DNA of 64,000 nucleotides from Amphiscolops sp. MND2022 (Eukaryota): NCBI GenBank assembly GCA_964187785.1, contig OZ076417.1, positions 55,118,001 to 55,182,000 of the forward strand, read 5' to 3'. Shown piece by piece: positions 62,031 to 64,000 of this stretch (position 1 is its first letter; each line of letters starts with the position of its first letter). The notes under the pieces were generated by a model. It saw only the letters and a program-made list of their open reading frames with translations, ran no database searches and was not told where the DNA came from. The position numbers and the translations under genes were made by a program.

Positions 62031-62643
62031 TATGTATTAGGCTCAACGGAACATGAAAAACTTCAAACGTTAATTTGAACAGCAGTAAAAGAATTAAAGC
62101 GTCTGTTATCGACAGGCTCACTCATTAGATAGCACGCAAATTACAGTATCCAGTAAAAATAGGGTTTTACAAATCTAGATGGCTTAAGAGCACATTAAAT
62201 AAAAAACAACACGTTAGCAATCGTCGTATAAAACAGGTTGGTACAAATGTTTAGCAAATGATAAGTTTACAGTTTACGTTATTATTGGGGTAGAGAAAAT
62301 ACCTTCTGTCACGAAAATATGGTTATTTGTTCATTAGTAAAAACATAAACTGTGACTTTACCTAGGATGGGAAACGAGAATCATCGACTCCAATCCGTTT
62401 ACCACGTTTAGGATAACAACAAATAACTTTATACGGAACTATCGCGAAGCCTATATTTTATTTCTTTAGCCAGATTAAATGCGCAATGAACATATATTTC
62501 TCAAGTTAAGAATGTTAATAGAATACTCATTCTGTAACTTGGGCAGTATCAGAAATGTTTTTTCCGCTGAAATCTCGACTTAAAAACGATGAGACTCCTA
62601 ATTATTTTGGTGGGAAAAGCTTAGTTCGTCTAGTTTCATAAAC

Positions 62644-62728
62644 CTGTCAACGTCACGGTGACGCATATTCTTGGCAGAATTAAAGTTTCATTAACTTGTC
62701 AACGTCACGGTGACGCATATTCTTGGCA
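62644..62728. repeat. Direct repeat, period 52 bp
   Basis: TGTCAACGTCACGGTGACGCATATTCTTGGCA twice. Confidence 0.85.
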
Positions 62729-64000
62729 TAACAAATCTTGCCAAGTTTGCCGCATTGCTGACGCAAAAATTTGGGATGAGTTTCTAGGGTGGGAAACTTT
62801 CTTTGGGATGGGTAACTAGTTATCAAGGCTGTGACGTCACATTGGCGGAAAGTTGGAATGATTTCTAATATCGTCATTAACTGAGGCAGATAATCGGAAT
62901 GATTTTCTACTATGCATAAACAAAGCAGTGACGTCACTTGGTAAGCCTTCAAAACTTACTTACTGACGACAAATATACATGTACTCTTGTTCTCACCGCC
63001 TCTTCGTTTACTTAGCGCTATATTGACGTCCTAAATCATACTAATTGCTGTTCAAACGCAATTATCTAGCATTCTTTTGACGGAGGTGTGCTTTCTTACA
63101 TGTATACTAAAAAGGGGCTTTTCATTTTAGATCTGAATATGTACCCTTTTATGGGTAATCTTGCGTCAGAATTCTATTTAGATTAGACTGTGGTTTTGTT
63201 TCAAAATATGCTTTAAATTAATTTTCAGGTGGCGAATGTTTCATTTTGACGTGGCAAAAACGTCTTGCCGGAAATGAGTGAAAACATTTTAGATCATTTT
63301 ATTTCTTATTTTCATTTCTTATTCAGGATTTGCACAAGGCGGACGAGTATTTTGTATTTCCAGTCACAGTTTATTTAATCTTATGAGAGTTTAGAATCCA
63401 AAATACCTTTTTGTAAGCTTTGCAGTACAACCATGGCCTCTTCCGTAGCCGACTCGTCTGCAACCGCATTCCAGTCCGGGAGCGGTCTGTGACAAATATT
63501 ACAAGCCATAACTTTGGATGCATTTTACCATGCGAATAACAAAAGAGTCTATTATACTTTTGATCCGAATTACAATAATTTTTTTTTGTTTTGAAATCGA
63601 ATGAAAACTTAAAAAGTAATGTTTCATGATTTTTCTGAGAAGTTTTGGAGTTTTCCAACTTTGTTACGCGATATCTCAAAAACTACTTGTCAGACTAAAT
63701 TAGGAATCTTCCCATTGAAGTACTTGATTTTTGTTTAGAATTTGTTACGCGATTTCAGACTTTAAGAGATCAAAGGCGTAAGTACTTTAAGAAGACGCTA
63801 ACAGAGCTGTCGATATTAGGTCTTTAAAAGGAACGACAACTTAATGGTGAAGACTTTATTTGAGTTGAGTGTGGTTGTTATCAGATAATTAGTGTAAAGT
63901 ATAAGGTATGGTATTGAATATAAATTAGATACATTAGCATTCAAAATACCTAATTTATTTCTAGACATTCAACAAATGAGTGGGGAGGGGATGATCGATT

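Overview
AT-rich, repeat-dense genomic DNA from an invertebrate animal: spliceosomal introns, an innexin, no operons. Three host-gene loci are supported, all on the + strand. (1) The last four exons of INTS6 (Integrator subunit 6), 2825-7805. (2) A complete 8-exon innexin, 21214-46382; the hand-spliced CDS is 1455 nt (484 aa plus stop), and the model needs two consecutive non-canonical GC-AG introns. (3) A short ORF at about 58019-58474 with the motif pattern of HYD1-type ADP-ribosyltransferase toxin domains, the most unexpected item in the window. The rest is mostly transposon-derived: a young but coding-defective Ty3/Gypsy element in innexin intron 2 (215-bp LTRs, 5-bp TSD), older Gypsy debris, a decayed hAT-type element, several MITEs, about a dozen copies of a DINE-1/HINE-like repeat, tRNA-derived fragments and minisatellites. 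Recurring oddities are splice sites duplicated next to insertions, TGACGT(C/A)A clusters directly after both host stop codons, and a 168-bp spacerless intronic palindrome. All family assignments come from motif recognition by eye; no searches were run.
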